Part shown: positions 7,720-17,193 of the stretch, in pieces | Numbering within the stretch: the stretch's first letter is position 1 | Layout of the letters: every line of letters starts with the position of its first letter | Source: Holophagales bacterium | GTDB lineage: Bacteria; Acidobacteriota; Thermoanaerobaculia; Multivoradales; Multivoraceae | Length of the DNA: 64,000 nt | Direction of reading: 5' to 3' | NCBI GenBank assembly: GCA_009837085.1 | Contig: VXUF01000048.1 | Span: 14,111-78,110, forward strand | Translations under genes and position numbers: made by a program | Notes under the pieces: generated by a model | What the model was told of the DNA's origin: nothing | What the model saw: the letters and a program-made list of their open reading frames with translations, nothing else | Database searches by the model: none

Positions 7720-9222
7720 CTACCCCTCGATCCCCCCGATGCACATGTACTTGATCTCGAGGTAGTCGTCCAACCCGTACTTCGACCCTTCGCGGCCGTG
7801 GCCGGACTCCTTCATGCCGCCGAAGGGGGCCATCTCGTTGGAGATGATGCCTTCGTTGATTCCGACGATGCCGTACTCCAGCGCTTCGCTGACGCGCCAG
7901 ATGCGGCCGACGTCGCGGGCGTAGAAGTAGCTGGCAAGGCCGAACTCGGTGTCGTTGGCCATGGCGATCGCTTCCTCTTCGGTGCTGAACTTCATCAGCG
8001 GCGCGATGGGGCCGAAGATCTCTTCGCGGAAGACGCGCATGTCGTCGGTCACGTTGGTGAGGATCGTGGGCTGGACGAAGCACTCGCCGAGGTCGGACTG
8101 ACCGCCGCCGATCTCGACTGTGGCGCCGCGGTCGACCGCGTCGGTGACGCGGCTGGTCACGTTCGCGACGGCCTCGGTGCTGATCAGCGGGCCCACGGTG
8201 ACGCCGTCCTCGGTGCCGTCGCCCATCTTGATCCCGGCCACCGCGGCGGCGAGTTTCTCGGCGAACTCGTCGTAGACGCCTTCCTGGACCAGGATGCGGT
8301 TGGCGCAGACGCAGGTCTGGCCGGCGTTGCGGAACTTGCAGATCATGGCGCCGGCCACCGCCGCGTCCAGGTCGGCGTCGTCGAACACGATGAAGGGCGC
8401 GTTGCCGCCGAGTTCCATCGACAGCCGCTTCATCGTGCCCGCGCACTGAGACATGAGCAGCTTGCCCACCGCGGTGGAGCCGGTGAAGGTGAGCTTGCGG
8501 ACGGTGGGGTTGGACGTCAGTTCCTTGCCGATCTCCTCGGTCTGGCCGCAGAGGATGTTGATCACTCCGGCCGGGATGCCCGCCCGCTCCGCCAGCTCGG
8601 CCAGTGCATTGGCTGACAGGGGCGTTTCGTTGGCCGGCTTGCAGACCACCGTGCAGCCGGCCGCGAGGGCCGGTGCGATCTTGCGCGCGAGCATGGCGTT
8701 GGGGAAGTTCCAGGGCGTGATGCAGGCCACCACGCCGACCGGCTGCTTGATGGTGACGACCCGCTTGTCGTTGGCAGGCTGGGGGATCGTGTCGCCGTAG
8801 ACCCGCTTGGCCTCTTCGGCGAACCACTCGACGTAGCTGGCGCCGTAGGCGATCTCCCCGCGGGCCTCGAACAGGGGCTTGCCCTGTTCCGCGGTCATCA
8901 TCCGGGCCAGGTCTTCCTGGCTCTCCATCATCAGGTCGAACCAGCGGCGCAGCAGCGCGGCGCGCTCCTTGGCGGTGGTCTGCCGCCACTGCTCGAAGGC
9001 CCTTCCGGCAGCCTCGATGGCTCGCCTCGTTTCGGCGCCGCCGCAGCAGGCGACTTCGGCCAGGACCTCGCCGGTGGCCGGGTTCTCGACGGCGAAGGTC
9101 TCGCCGGAGTCCGCGGCGACCCACTGGCCGTCGACGTAGGCCTGGTCACGGAGCAGACCGGGGTCGGCCAGCTCGATGCGGGTGGCCGGGACTCGGGTGG
9201 CTACGGAGGCGGCAATGCTCAT
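7720..9222 (-). CDS. gabD: NAD(P)+-dependent succinate-semialdehyde dehydrogenase
   Basis: 500 aa. ITPWNFP, FTGSTAVGK, ELGGNAP, catalytic Cys context NAGQTCVCANR, and C-terminal PFGGMKESGHGREG. Overall GabD-like. Confidence 0.9.
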   Translation of the reverse strand: MSIAASVATRVPATRIELADPGLLRDQAYVDGQWVAADSGETFAVENPATGEVLAEVACCGGAETRRAIEAAGRAFEQWRQTTAKERAALLRRWFDLMMESQEDLARMMTAEQGKPLFEARGEIAYGASYVEWFAEEAKRVYGDTIPQPANDKRVVTIKQPVGVVACITPWNFPNAMLARKIAPALAAGCTVVCKPANETPLSANALAELAERAGIPAGVINILCGQTEEIGKELTSNPTVRKLTFTGSTAVGKLLMSQCAGTMKRLSMELGGNAPFIVFDDADLDAAVAGAMICKFRNAGQTCVCANRILVQEGVYDEFAEKLAAAVAGIKMGDGTEDGVTVGPLISTEAVANVTSRVTDAVDRGATVEIGGGQSDLGECFVQPTILTNVTDDMRVFREEIFGPIAPLMKFSTEEEAIAMANDTEFGLASYFYARDVGRIWRVSEALEYGIVGINEGIISNEMAPFGGMKESGHGREGSKYGLDDYLEIKYMCIGGIEG

Positions 9223-9227
9223 GGACG

Positions 9228-10835
9228 TTACTCCCTGCTGGTCGGTGGCGTAGCCGGTTCGACGGGCTCGAAGTTCCGATAGTCGTTGGGATCGCCGCTG
9301 CCCTTGTATCGCGCCTGCAGCGGGTAGGGATAGTGGGGCCGCGTGAACGTGTAGCTATCGGGGACCGCGGTGTTCGCTTCAACATAAGCTCTCGCAGTCC
9401 GTCTGCCGGAGGGGTCTTCTTCTGGATGGTAGCCCACGATCATGTCGGGCGCCTGACCCTCTTCGACCCAGGCTTCGAGATAGCTGAGATAGTCGCCGCT
9501 GGTCGCGCCAACGCCACCATAGCAATGGGTACGGCCCGGAATCATGAACAGGCGAACCGCCTCTTGGGCGCTGGCTCGTCCCCCCATGATGCGTTCCGCC
9601 ATCTCATAGTAGTCGATGCTGACTCGTGGGCTGGGCAAACCAGAGTCTTCCCAACCCTGGATGATCAGCAGCTTGCCACCCGCCGTCTTGAAATTGCGTA
9701 GATCGGGATTGCTGAAACCATTCACCAGCGCATCTGAAATCCCCATGCGCTTGTAATCGTGGTCCCAATCGAAGTCGGACGCCTTCCAGCTCGGTCCCGG
9801 ATCCGGGTTGAACGCCTTGAACCGCCCCCACGAGGTCCTTGACTCGAGATCCATGGAGAAGTAGTTGCCCTTCTCCGAACCGGGCAAGGCAGGATAGAAC
9901 GGGAAGTACTTGCTGAGCTTCTCTCCGGTCGATGTCACCGGCCCGGTGTACTTTTTCTTGGCCGCCTCCACCTGGACCGGCGATAGACAGCCCGATGTCT
10001 GCCCCGACGCGCAGGCGAGGTCGGCCGGATCGAATTGGCAAGTGCGCGGATCGCCACCGATGATCCCATCCTCGAGGCCATCGTCCGCATCGCAGGCGGC
10101 AATGGCCCCCGCGTGCAGCACGTCCAGATCGGCGGGTGTGAACAGCGGCTGGCCGTCCGCGTCGTACGATGCCAGGGCGTTCCACAGGATCATCACGCCC
10201 ACGGCCGTTACGTTCGCGGGCTCCTGGGCGAGAATGCCGTCGAAGTTCCAGGGAAAGCGACTCGCCTGGACCATTCCCTGCTTCCCGCCGGCGGAACAGC
10301 CCACATGATAGGAGAACGCCGGCGCCCGGCCGTAGTAGTGCTCGGTGATGGCCTTGCCCGCCAGAGCGGCGACATGGTGACCGCGGATGCCGTAGTCGAG
10401 CTCCGCCTGGAGATTGTTGTAGGCCCACGAGGACCTTCTTGTCATGCCGAAATGCCCCGTATCGTGTGTGAGACAGGCATAGCCTCTCCGCAAGGCCTCA
10501 TCGCACCAGCCGGCCTCCTGTTCCGTCGAGCCGCCCTGGCCACCAGGGCTCGCCTGCAGATACTTGCCGTTCCACGAGGCGCTGTTGGGCAGGTCTAGCA
10601 CGATCCGGACATTGGGCGTGACATACCCATCCATCCGGCAATGGGCGGGCACCTCGCCGGTGGCCTCCACCGTTCGGGTCGCCGTCGCCTGCGTCGGCGC
10701 ATCCGGAATGCTTGTGAAGTCCATCGCCGGCAAGGCCTCGCAGTCATCAACGGCGCGCGAGCTGCCGGCTCCGACCGCCATCGCGCTGATCGCCAGCGCC
10801 AGAACCAACGGGAATCGCTTGAAGGTGCGCGCCAT
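9228..10835 (-). CDS. Tannase/feruloyl esterase family protein, secreted
   Basis: ORF trimmed to ATG 10835 (aaggagag SD). Signal peptide [24 protein letters not shown]. Nucleophile motif GCSAGG and the Cys-rich lid typical of the family. It lies 5 nt upstream of gabD. Confidence 0.85.
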   Translation of the reverse strand: MARTFKRFPLVLALAISAMAVGAGSSRAVDDCEALPAMDFTSIPDAPTQATATRTVEATGEVPAHCRMDGYVTPNVRIVLDLPNSASWNGKYLQASPGGQGGSTEQEAGWCDEALRRGYACLTHDTGHFGMTRRSSWAYNNLQAELDYGIRGHHVAALAGKAITEHYYGRAPAFSYHVGCSAGGKQGMVQASRFPWNFDGILAQEPANVTAVGVMILWNALASYDADGQPLFTPADLDVLHAGAIAACDADDGLEDGIIGGDPRTCQFDPADLACASGQTSGCLSPVQVEAAKKKYTGPVTSTGEKLSKYFPFYPALPGSEKGNYFSMDLESRTSWGRFKAFNPDPGPSWKASDFDWDHDYKRMGISDALVNGFSNPDLRNFKTAGGKLLIIQGWEDSGLPSPRVSIDYYEMAERIMGGRASAQEAVRLFMIPGRTHCYGGVGATSGDYLSYLEAWVEEGQAPDMIVGYHPEEDPSGRRTARAYVEANTAVPDSYTFTRPHYPYPLQARYKGSGDPNDYRNFEPVEPATPPTSRE

Positions 10836-11019
10836 AGGTCTCTCCTTTGTTGCCTGCAGCGAGGCCTGGGTTCGACAGTTTCTCGGTATCTCGCCAGGTT
10901 CCGTTAGGAACTGGATTCGAGCGCGAGCGCGACCACGCCGCCCGTCGGACTGCCGTCCCTCGCGGCAGCCTCTCTTCCGCCGCCGACGCTCGCCGCGAGA
11001 TACTGACGCCCCCCAACTT

Positions 11020-11393
11020 CGTAGGTGATGAGCTCTCGGCGTAGAGGTTGTCGCCAAGGCGGTGACCACCGTAGAGGTCACTCGTCGGTGTGCCGATCGG
11101 AAGATAGGCGAGGCCGAGCTCTTCGTCGACGGTGATCAGGCATCGGGTCTTCCGGTCGACGCGTCGAGCGAAAGCAGCCGCCGGTCGTGGGTAGCCAGCA
11201 CCGCGCTCGGTCAGGTGGCGGCAATCGACGCCGCCTCGGGGTTCGTGGCGTCTATCTGGGCCAGCGGTGAGTACTTCGAGTTGCCGGCGTCGTTGCCGTA
11301 GTTAGGCCAGTCGGTGTCGGCGGCAGTCGCGGCAGCGGTACCGAGCAGCGACACCGCGCACCAGGAGAGGAGCAGGGTCTTGGCCACGTTCAT
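11020..11393 (-). pseudogene. Remnant of a PQQ-dependent (quinoprotein) dehydrogenase
   Basis: Fragment 1 (11393-11214) is a signal peptide plus [24 protein letters not shown], then a stop. Fragment 2 (about 11160-11030, in a different frame) reads [33 protein letters not shown]. These two motifs are normally a couple of hundred residues apart in intact enzymes. Confidence 0.6.
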
Positions 11394-11444
11394 GGAGCAT
11401 AGCTGGTGTAGCGTCGACGACCCACGCTCCAAAGAGAGGACATA

Positions 11445-12953
11445 GTGATGATGGCACTCCGATTCCGAAACTGTGTGCTCACCGTGGGACTGATCGCCGC
11501 GTTCGCTTGTCAATCTTCCGAGCCGGCTCCGGAGGCCTCGACTGCCTCACCGGCGCCACCACCGCCGAACATCGTCGTCATCGTCGGTGACGACCTGGGC
11601 TACGGAGATGTCGGCGTGTACGGCTCGCAGATCCCCACGCCTCACATCGACCAGTTGGCACGCGACGGCGTGCGCCTGACCGACGGTCATGTGTCCGCAG
11701 CCGTCTGCAGTCCGATGCGTGCGGGTTTCCACACCGGGCAGTATCAGAATCGTTTCGGCTGGGAGTACAACCCGACCGACCACGACCTCGGACTTCCGTT
11801 GGATCAGAAAACGGTCGCCAACCACTTTCAGGACGCCGGCTACGTCACCGGCCTGATCGGCAAGTGGCACCTAGGGGTGCCCGAGCCCTATCATCCACTC
11901 CACCGCGGTTTCGACGAGTTCTACGGCATCCTGGGAGGCGTCACCAGCTATATCGACTCCCGACTTCCAGGCACCCACGAGTGGCCCGCCGAGAGAGCCC
12001 CCACCACCCGCACCCGCGAGTCGCAGGTCATCCGCGACGGCTTCGAGGTGGTCGAGGTCGAGGAGTATCTGACGGACGTCTTTGCCGAGAGGGCGGTCGA
12101 CTTCATCGATCGCCACGCCGACGAGCGCTTCCTCCTGATGCTGACACCCAACACTCCGCACACCCCGCTGCAGGCGATCGACGAGTACATGGAGCGGGTG
12201 CAGCACATCGAAGGCGATGGAGCGCGCGTCTACGCCGCGATGGTCGTCTCGCTCGACGACTACGTCGGCGACGTCGTCGCGGCACTACGCAAGCACGATC
12301 TGGAGCGCGACACGCTGGTCGTCTTTCTCTCCGACAATGGGTGCATCAACTACATGCCCGAGCCGATCTGCACCAACGCGCCGCTGGCGGGGCATAAGCG
12401 CTACCACCTGGAAGGCGGTCATCGCGTCCCCTTCATCCTCAAGTGGCCGGCGGGCCTTCCTCAGGGCGAGGTCTACCACGGGCTTGCCAGCGCTCTCGAC
12501 CTCTATGCCACGTTCACTGCCGCGAGCGGTTTCGAAGCGGATAGCCCGGACAGCGTCAATCTGCTTCCGCATCTGCGCGGCGAGACCAGCGAACCGCCGC
12601 ACGAGTTCCTCTACTGGCGGGCGGCACCGAACATCGCCATCCGCTGGGGCAAGTGGAAGATGTGGAAAGTGAACAACACCGATATCGAGATCCCCGCCGG
12701 GCCACCGGGCCAGGTCCTGCCGTCGATGGAGTACCCACCCGACCACTCACCTATGGGCCAGACCACCGTTCTGTACGACCTGGAGGCCGATCTCGGGGAA
12801 GCCAGCAACATCGCGGATCAGCACCCGGAGATCGTCGAGCGCCTGGAGAGGGAACTCGAAGCCTGGGAGGCCGAGCTCGCCGAACCACTCTGGGTCAACC
12901 ATCGCGGGACTCTTCACTCGCTTCACGGTCAGACGGTTCAGCTCTTCTTCTGA
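11445..12953 (+). CDS. Sulfatase (formylglycine-dependent arylsulfatase family), exported
   Basis: 502 aa. NIVVIVGDDLGYGDVG and the CSPMR formylglycine motif. Cys-containing signal peptide LIAAFAC. Confidence 0.9.
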   Translation: MMMALRFRNCVLTVGLIAAFACQSSEPAPEASTASPAPPPPNIVVIVGDDLGYGDVGVYGSQIPTPHIDQLARDGVRLTDGHVSAAVCSPMRAGFHTGQYQNRFGWEYNPTDHDLGLPLDQKTVANHFQDAGYVTGLIGKWHLGVPEPYHPLHRGFDEFYGILGGVTSYIDSRLPGTHEWPAERAPTTRTRESQVIRDGFEVVEVEEYLTDVFAERAVDFIDRHADERFLLMLTPNTPHTPLQAIDEYMERVQHIEGDGARVYAAMVVSLDDYVGDVVAALRKHDLERDTLVVFLSDNGCINYMPEPICTNAPLAGHKRYHLEGGHRVPFILKWPAGLPQGEVYHGLASALDLYATFTAASGFEADSPDSVNLLPHLRGETSEPPHEFLYWRAAPNIAIRWGKWKMWKVNNTDIEIPAGPPGQVLPSMEYPPDHSPMGQTTVLYDLEADLGEASNIADQHPEIVERLERELEAWEAELAEPLWVNHRGTLHSLHGQTVQLFF

Positions 12954-12964
12954 GGCTCCGTGGC

Positions 12965-14041
12965 CTAGTTTCCGGAGTTCCCCAGTGCGTCCGCCTCGAG
13001 CACGCGAGCGCCGCGCAGGATGTTCCCCATGGAGTAATTCCCCTCGTGGCAGGCGTACTCGAAGACCCGGTCGGTCGTCGAACGCAACACATACTCGCCG
13101 GTCCAGGTCGCTGTCCACGATGAGGGATCGTCCACCGTGAAGCGGTAGAGCACGTCGCCGTCCTCGAGCTTTGTAAAGCGCTCGACAACGTGCATCTCCG
13201 TGGAACCACCAAGGAGAAATGCGTCGGGATGGAAGTTTGTCGTGTCGACGACCAACGTGTCGCCCTCCCACCACCCGATCGAATCGCCGGCCCACTTCTT
13301 GATCTCCGACGGCAGATGCTCCACGGCGCGCCCCTCGGACTTCATCCGCACCACCCGCGCGTCGTGAACCATCTCGATCAGGATCATGACGTGATCCTCG
13401 GTCTGGACGATGGTCTTGTAGTTGTTGTAGCCGCTGGGGAGCGTCGGCGCGGCGCCGGTGAACCCCACGATGCAACGCTCCTGGGCCAGCAGCGACTCCG
13501 GACCATCGAACGGTCCGGGCTCGTCGCTGTCGAGCCAGAATGCTGTGCCGTCGTTGTCGCCGCGCACGATCTTGGCATTGGTCGCGGCCGCACGCCTGGC
13601 CGCACTCTCGGTCATCGGCGGAAAACGACCGTTCAGTGGATCGATCAGAATCGAGGTGCGAAACTTGCCGTCCACCGCGAAGGCCTCAGTGCCCCGGTCG
13701 AGCCAGAAGAAGTTGTAGCCGCCGACGTTGCCAGAACCGCCGTCCGATCCGTCGCCACCCTCGGGTGGCGCCTCACGTTCCGGGTCGCTCGCCTCGGATT
13801 CCTCCTCGATTCGCGCAGCCATGTCGCCCTCCATCCGCGTGGCCTCTTCCCTGCTGAGATAGAGGTTGTCACCGTAGCGTTCCGGGCGCTGGAGCGGGGT
13901 CACCGTCGCGGCGTTGTAGTTACCCGTGAGATCGGGACGGCCACTGGCCGTGCGCGGCACCCCGTCGTCGTCGGCGGCGATTCCGGGATTGAGGGCGAGC
14001 ATGAGTGCGACGATAGCCAGGGATCGGATGACTCTCTTCAT
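12965..14041 (-). CDS. Conserved secreted protein of unknown function, paralog A
   Basis: 358 aa. Signal peptide MKRVIRSLAIVALMLALNPGIAA. The C-terminal half is alignable to 16128..17111 (..HDARVV..W.GDS.G.WEGDTLV..T.NF..VERF..DDP..W..PW..FE(Y/F)ACHEGNY..IL.GAR). ggagagg SD. Confidence 0.75.
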   Translation of the reverse strand: MKRVIRSLAIVALMLALNPGIAADDDGVPRTASGRPDLTGNYNAATVTPLQRPERYGDNLYLSREEATRMEGDMAARIEEESEASDPEREAPPEGGDGSDGGSGNVGGYNFFWLDRGTEAFAVDGKFRTSILIDPLNGRFPPMTESAARRAAATNAKIVRGDNDGTAFWLDSDEPGPFDGPESLLAQERCIVGFTGAAPTLPSGYNNYKTIVQTEDHVMILIEMVHDARVVRMKSEGRAVEHLPSEIKKWAGDSIGWWEGDTLVVDTTNFHPDAFLLGGSTEMHVVERFTKLEDGDVLYRFTVDDPSSWTATWTGEYVLRSTTDRVFEYACHEGNYSMGNILRGARVLEADALGNSGN

Positions 14042-14109
14042 ACGTCCTTACCTCTCCAGGACTCTCGAGTATAGTCGTATAACGCCTAGCTCCGTACAGG
14101 AGAATCGTC

Positions 14110-15714
14110 ATGAAAGAAAACGCGACCCGCTCGGGTATCAACCTGTCACCCGTTTACGGGCCCTCCGATGGCAATGGCGACTACAGCAGGCGCTTCGGCA
14201 ATCCAGGGGAGTACCCGTTTACCCGCGGTACCCGTGCCTATTCCGGGCGGGGCTGGATTCAGCGCGAGTTGTCCGGTGAAGGCGATCCCAAACGCTCGAA
14301 TGAGCAATTCAAGTACCTGATGACTCTGGGCCAGACCGGTCTCGATGTGATCGGTGACAGTCCGACGATGTCGTTGATGGATCCCGATCACCCACTCGCG
14401 CGATACACCGTTGGCACGCAGGGCGTCTCACTCTGTCGTCATGATGACTACCGCCAACTGCTCGACGGCATTCCGCTCGACCAGATGTCGATTTCGAGTT
14501 CCGGTCCGTCGATGTTCACGGTGGCAAGCCTCTATCTGCTCGCGAAGGAACGCGGTGTCTCGCCGGGCGTCCTCCGCGGTTCTGTGATCGAGTGGCCGTT
14601 CTACTCCGAACACTGCTCCTATGCGTACAAGATGCCCTTCGATCTCCACCTGCGGATGTCCTGCGACGTCATCGAGTTCTGCAGCAAGGAGATGCCGAGA
14701 TTCCACGGTTTTCTCGAAGACACCTACTTCTTCAGTGAAGCGGGCCTGAACGCGGTCGAGGAGGCGGCCCTCGGCTTCGTCGAGATACGGCACATCGTAC
14801 GCGCGCTTCTCGCACGCGGTCTCGACATCGACAGCTTCGCCCCGCGCATCGCCATCCTCACGAATTGCTCGATGGACTTCTACGAGGAGATCGCGAAGAT
14901 TCGCGCCATGCGTCGCATCTTCGCGCGCATGATGAAAGAAGAGTTCGGCGCCAAGGACCCGCGCTCTCAGGCGGTCAATATCGCAGTGCACACCTCGGGA
15001 CTTTCGCTGACGACCGAGCAGCCAGCCAACAACATCGTGCGCGGCGCGGTCCAGACGGTCGCACTCGGACTGGCCGGGGTCACCGCGCTCGAGATCTCGA
15101 CCTTTGACGAGGGCTACCGAACCCCCAGCAAGGAGGCGCATCTGGTCGGGCTGCGCACGCAGCAGGTGATTGATCTCGAGACGAACATCAACAGCGTGCA
15201 GGATCCGTTCGGTGGATCGTGGTTCATGGAGTCGCTCACCGATGAGGTCGAGGCCAGGATTCTGGACATGGTCAACGAGATCGAGTCGCTCGGCGATCCG
15301 GCCGAGCTGGTCAGCAGTGGTTACTTCAAGCAGTTCTTCCACGGCACGATGGGCCGCTACCACCGGCAGGTGCACGACGGGGAAGTGCTGAAAGTCGGAA
15401 TGAACGTACACCAGATGCCCGCCGAGCAGGACACGCTGCTGCGGGATATCAGCGAGGAGAAGATCGAACCCCTCTTCGATCGAGTTGAGGAGATATCGGC
15501 TTACCGCGACAAGCGCGATCAGAGACCATTGCTGGATTCGCTTCAGCGCTTGCACGACGTCGTGCAGACCGACGAGAACATGCTTGAAGCGGTGCTCGAG
15601 TGCACGCTGGCCGGAGCGACCATGGGTGAGATCGCCGGCATTCTCCGTCAAGCCTGGGGCACGCCCTATGACCCCTACGGTTTTCTCGAGTCGCCCATCG
15701 GAAGTACGCAGTGA
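14110..15714 (+). CDS. Methylmalonyl-CoA-mutase-family large (substrate-binding TIM-barrel) subunit, divergent
   Basis: 534 aa. GEYPFTRG, GQTGLDV..D.PT, EAG..AVEEAA, TSG.SLT.EQP.NNIVRG..Q..A and DP.GGS.F.E.LT motifs match the acyl-CoA mutase family. The canonical RQYAGF and GTVQNDILKE motifs are replaced (see findings). Confidence 0.85.
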   Translation: MKENATRSGINLSPVYGPSDGNGDYSRRFGNPGEYPFTRGTRAYSGRGWIQRELSGEGDPKRSNEQFKYLMTLGQTGLDVIGDSPTMSLMDPDHPLARYTVGTQGVSLCRHDDYRQLLDGIPLDQMSISSSGPSMFTVASLYLLAKERGVSPGVLRGSVIEWPFYSEHCSYAYKMPFDLHLRMSCDVIEFCSKEMPRFHGFLEDTYFFSEAGLNAVEEAALGFVEIRHIVRALLARGLDIDSFAPRIAILTNCSMDFYEEIAKIRAMRRIFARMMKEEFGAKDPRSQAVNIAVHTSGLSLTTEQPANNIVRGAVQTVALGLAGVTALEISTFDEGYRTPSKEAHLVGLRTQQVIDLETNINSVQDPFGGSWFMESLTDEVEARILDMVNEIESLGDPAELVSSGYFKQFFHGTMGRYHRQVHDGEVLKVGMNVHQMPAEQDTLLRDISEEKIEPLFDRVEEISAYRDKRDQRPLLDSLQRLHDVVQTDENMLEAVLECTLAGATMGEIAGILRQAWGTPYDPYGFLESPIGSTQ

Positions 15715-16115
15715 GTCCGATTCGTGTGCTGGTCGGCGTGCTGGGTATGGACCAGCACGAACTGGGCGCAGTCGGCATCGCCAGGATGCTTCGCGACCAG
15801 GGTATGGAGGTCATCTATACCGGTTGCTTCAACACCCCGGAGACCATCGTGCAGGCTGCCATGCAGGAAGACGCGGATGTCATCGGCATCAGCTCTCATT
15901 CCTGGGAGTATCTGTACTACACACCCGAACTACTCGAGCTGCTGAAACAGAACGACCTCGACGTGCCCGTGGTTCTCGGTGGTTCGGTCATTACCGAGGA
16001 GGACGCCGGGAAGATGCTCGACAAGGGTGTCGCGGCAGTGTTCGGCTCTGGTAGCGCGATGACCGACATGATCGACACCGTCAGAAACCTGGCGGCCGGT
16101 GCCGCGACGTCCTGA
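15711..16115 (+). CDS. Cobalamin (B12)-binding small subunit of the mutase
   Basis: 134 aa. DxHxxG motif as MDQHELG, then GISSHS and VVLGGSVI. GTG 15711 overlaps the upstream stop (GTGA). Confidence 0.88.
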   Translation: MSPIRVLVGVLGMDQHELGAVGIARMLRDQGMEVIYTGCFNTPETIVQAAMQEDADVIGISSHSWEYLYYTPELLELLKQNDLDVPVVLGGSVITEEDAGKMLDKGVAAVFGSGSAMTDMIDTVRNLAAGAATS

Positions 16116-16127
16116 GCCCACAGTCGC

Positions 16128-17111
16128 CTACCTTGATGCCGCCAAGGCCGCCTCTTCTGCCCGCGCCCCGGCGAGGATCCCCTCCAGGCCGTAGTTGCCC
16201 TCGTGACAGGCGAACTCGAAGAGATCGTCGGGCGACTTCCTGAGCGGGATCATCACGGTCCACGGCTCCGTCCAGGTCTGCGGATCGTCGAGCGTGACCA
16301 CGTACTCCAGGGTCTCGGGCCCCACCCGAGTCAGCCGTTCCACGAGCTGTAGGTTGCCGGTCGCTCCCCGATAGCCACCGGTGTCCGAGAAGTTGCGGGT
16401 CTCGATGACCAGAGTCTCGCCTTCCCAGTGACCCCTCGAGTCGCCGTGCCAAAGCCGGACGTCCTCCGGCAGGTGGGGCCTGCCGTCGATCGGGACGACG
16501 CGCGCGTCGTGGATCATCTCCATGAGCAAGACGACATGGTCCTCGCCCTGAAAGATCTGGGTGTAGCTGTTGTAGGCGGCGCGGAGGCGAGGTACGCCGA
16601 AGGAGATGCAGCGCTCGGTGAGGCTGCGATCCTCCGGACCCGCTGCCCGTGCGTTTCTGGCCGCACGAAGCGCGGCGGCACGCTTCTCGCCTTCGTCCGT
16701 CAGGGGGGGCAGGCGGCCGTTCGGAGGGTCGACGATCAGCGAAGTGCGGTTGTCCCAGTCGCGCTCGGCGACCCAGAACTGGTTGTAGTTGCCGGTGGCG
16801 GCGTCCGTCGACGTGAACGACTCTGCTCCGTTCAGAGCGAGGTTGAAGACGCTGTCGCCAAACGCGGCATCGTCACTATCGAGACCGAAGAGCGACTCCG
16901 CCCTCTGCCGGATCGCGGCCAGCTCGGCGTCGGTGAGGGTCTCCCGACCGGCCAGGGCCTCGGGCCGCTCGAGCGGAGTCGCGATGTTGTTGGCCCAGAC
17001 CCCCTGAAGATCAGGCTGACCGAAGGCGTTGCGCGGCGCTTTCCAGCCGCTCTCGGCGGCGGCCCCGGACGCAAGAGCCAGAACAAGCAGTGCGAGAGAA
17101 ACGCTTCGCAT
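16128..17111 (-). CDS. Conserved secreted protein of unknown function, paralog B
   Basis: 327 aa. Signal peptide MRSVSLALLVLALASGAAA. Shares N-terminal G.PDL.G.....ATPLERPE and C-terminal FEFACHEGNY motifs with 12965..14041. Confidence 0.75.
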   Translation of the reverse strand: MRSVSLALLVLALASGAAAESGWKAPRNAFGQPDLQGVWANNIATPLERPEALAGRETLTDAELAAIRQRAESLFGLDSDDAAFGDSVFNLALNGAESFTSTDAATGNYNQFWVAERDWDNRTSLIVDPPNGRLPPLTDEGEKRAAALRAARNARAAGPEDRSLTERCISFGVPRLRAAYNSYTQIFQGEDHVVLLMEMIHDARVVPIDGRPHLPEDVRLWHGDSRGHWEGETLVIETRNFSDTGGYRGATGNLQLVERLTRVGPETLEYVVTLDDPQTWTEPWTVMIPLRKSPDDLFEFACHEGNYGLEGILAGARAEEAALAASR

Positions 17112-17193
17112 GGGTCCTCCCTTCGCCGCTGCGGCGGAGGTTCTCGATCGTGCTCTCTACGAGAATGTGTAGCCTACACCGCTCGGGGTCAGC

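Noticed and set aside
11062-11301. Plus-strand ORF 11062..11301 and minus-strand ORF 10747..11016 as genes in the gap between the tannase and sulfatase genes.
   Set aside because: The region is better explained as the decayed PQQ-dehydrogenase remnant plus the tannase promoter and leader. The ORFs have no motifs, and one is simply the frame continuing out of the pseudogene fragment.
14042-14109. A cobalamin riboswitch upstream of the B12-dependent mutase genes.
   Set aside because: The intergenic region is only 68 nt and is shared with a divergent gene. That is too short for a B12 riboswitch, and no B12-box-like sequence was seen.
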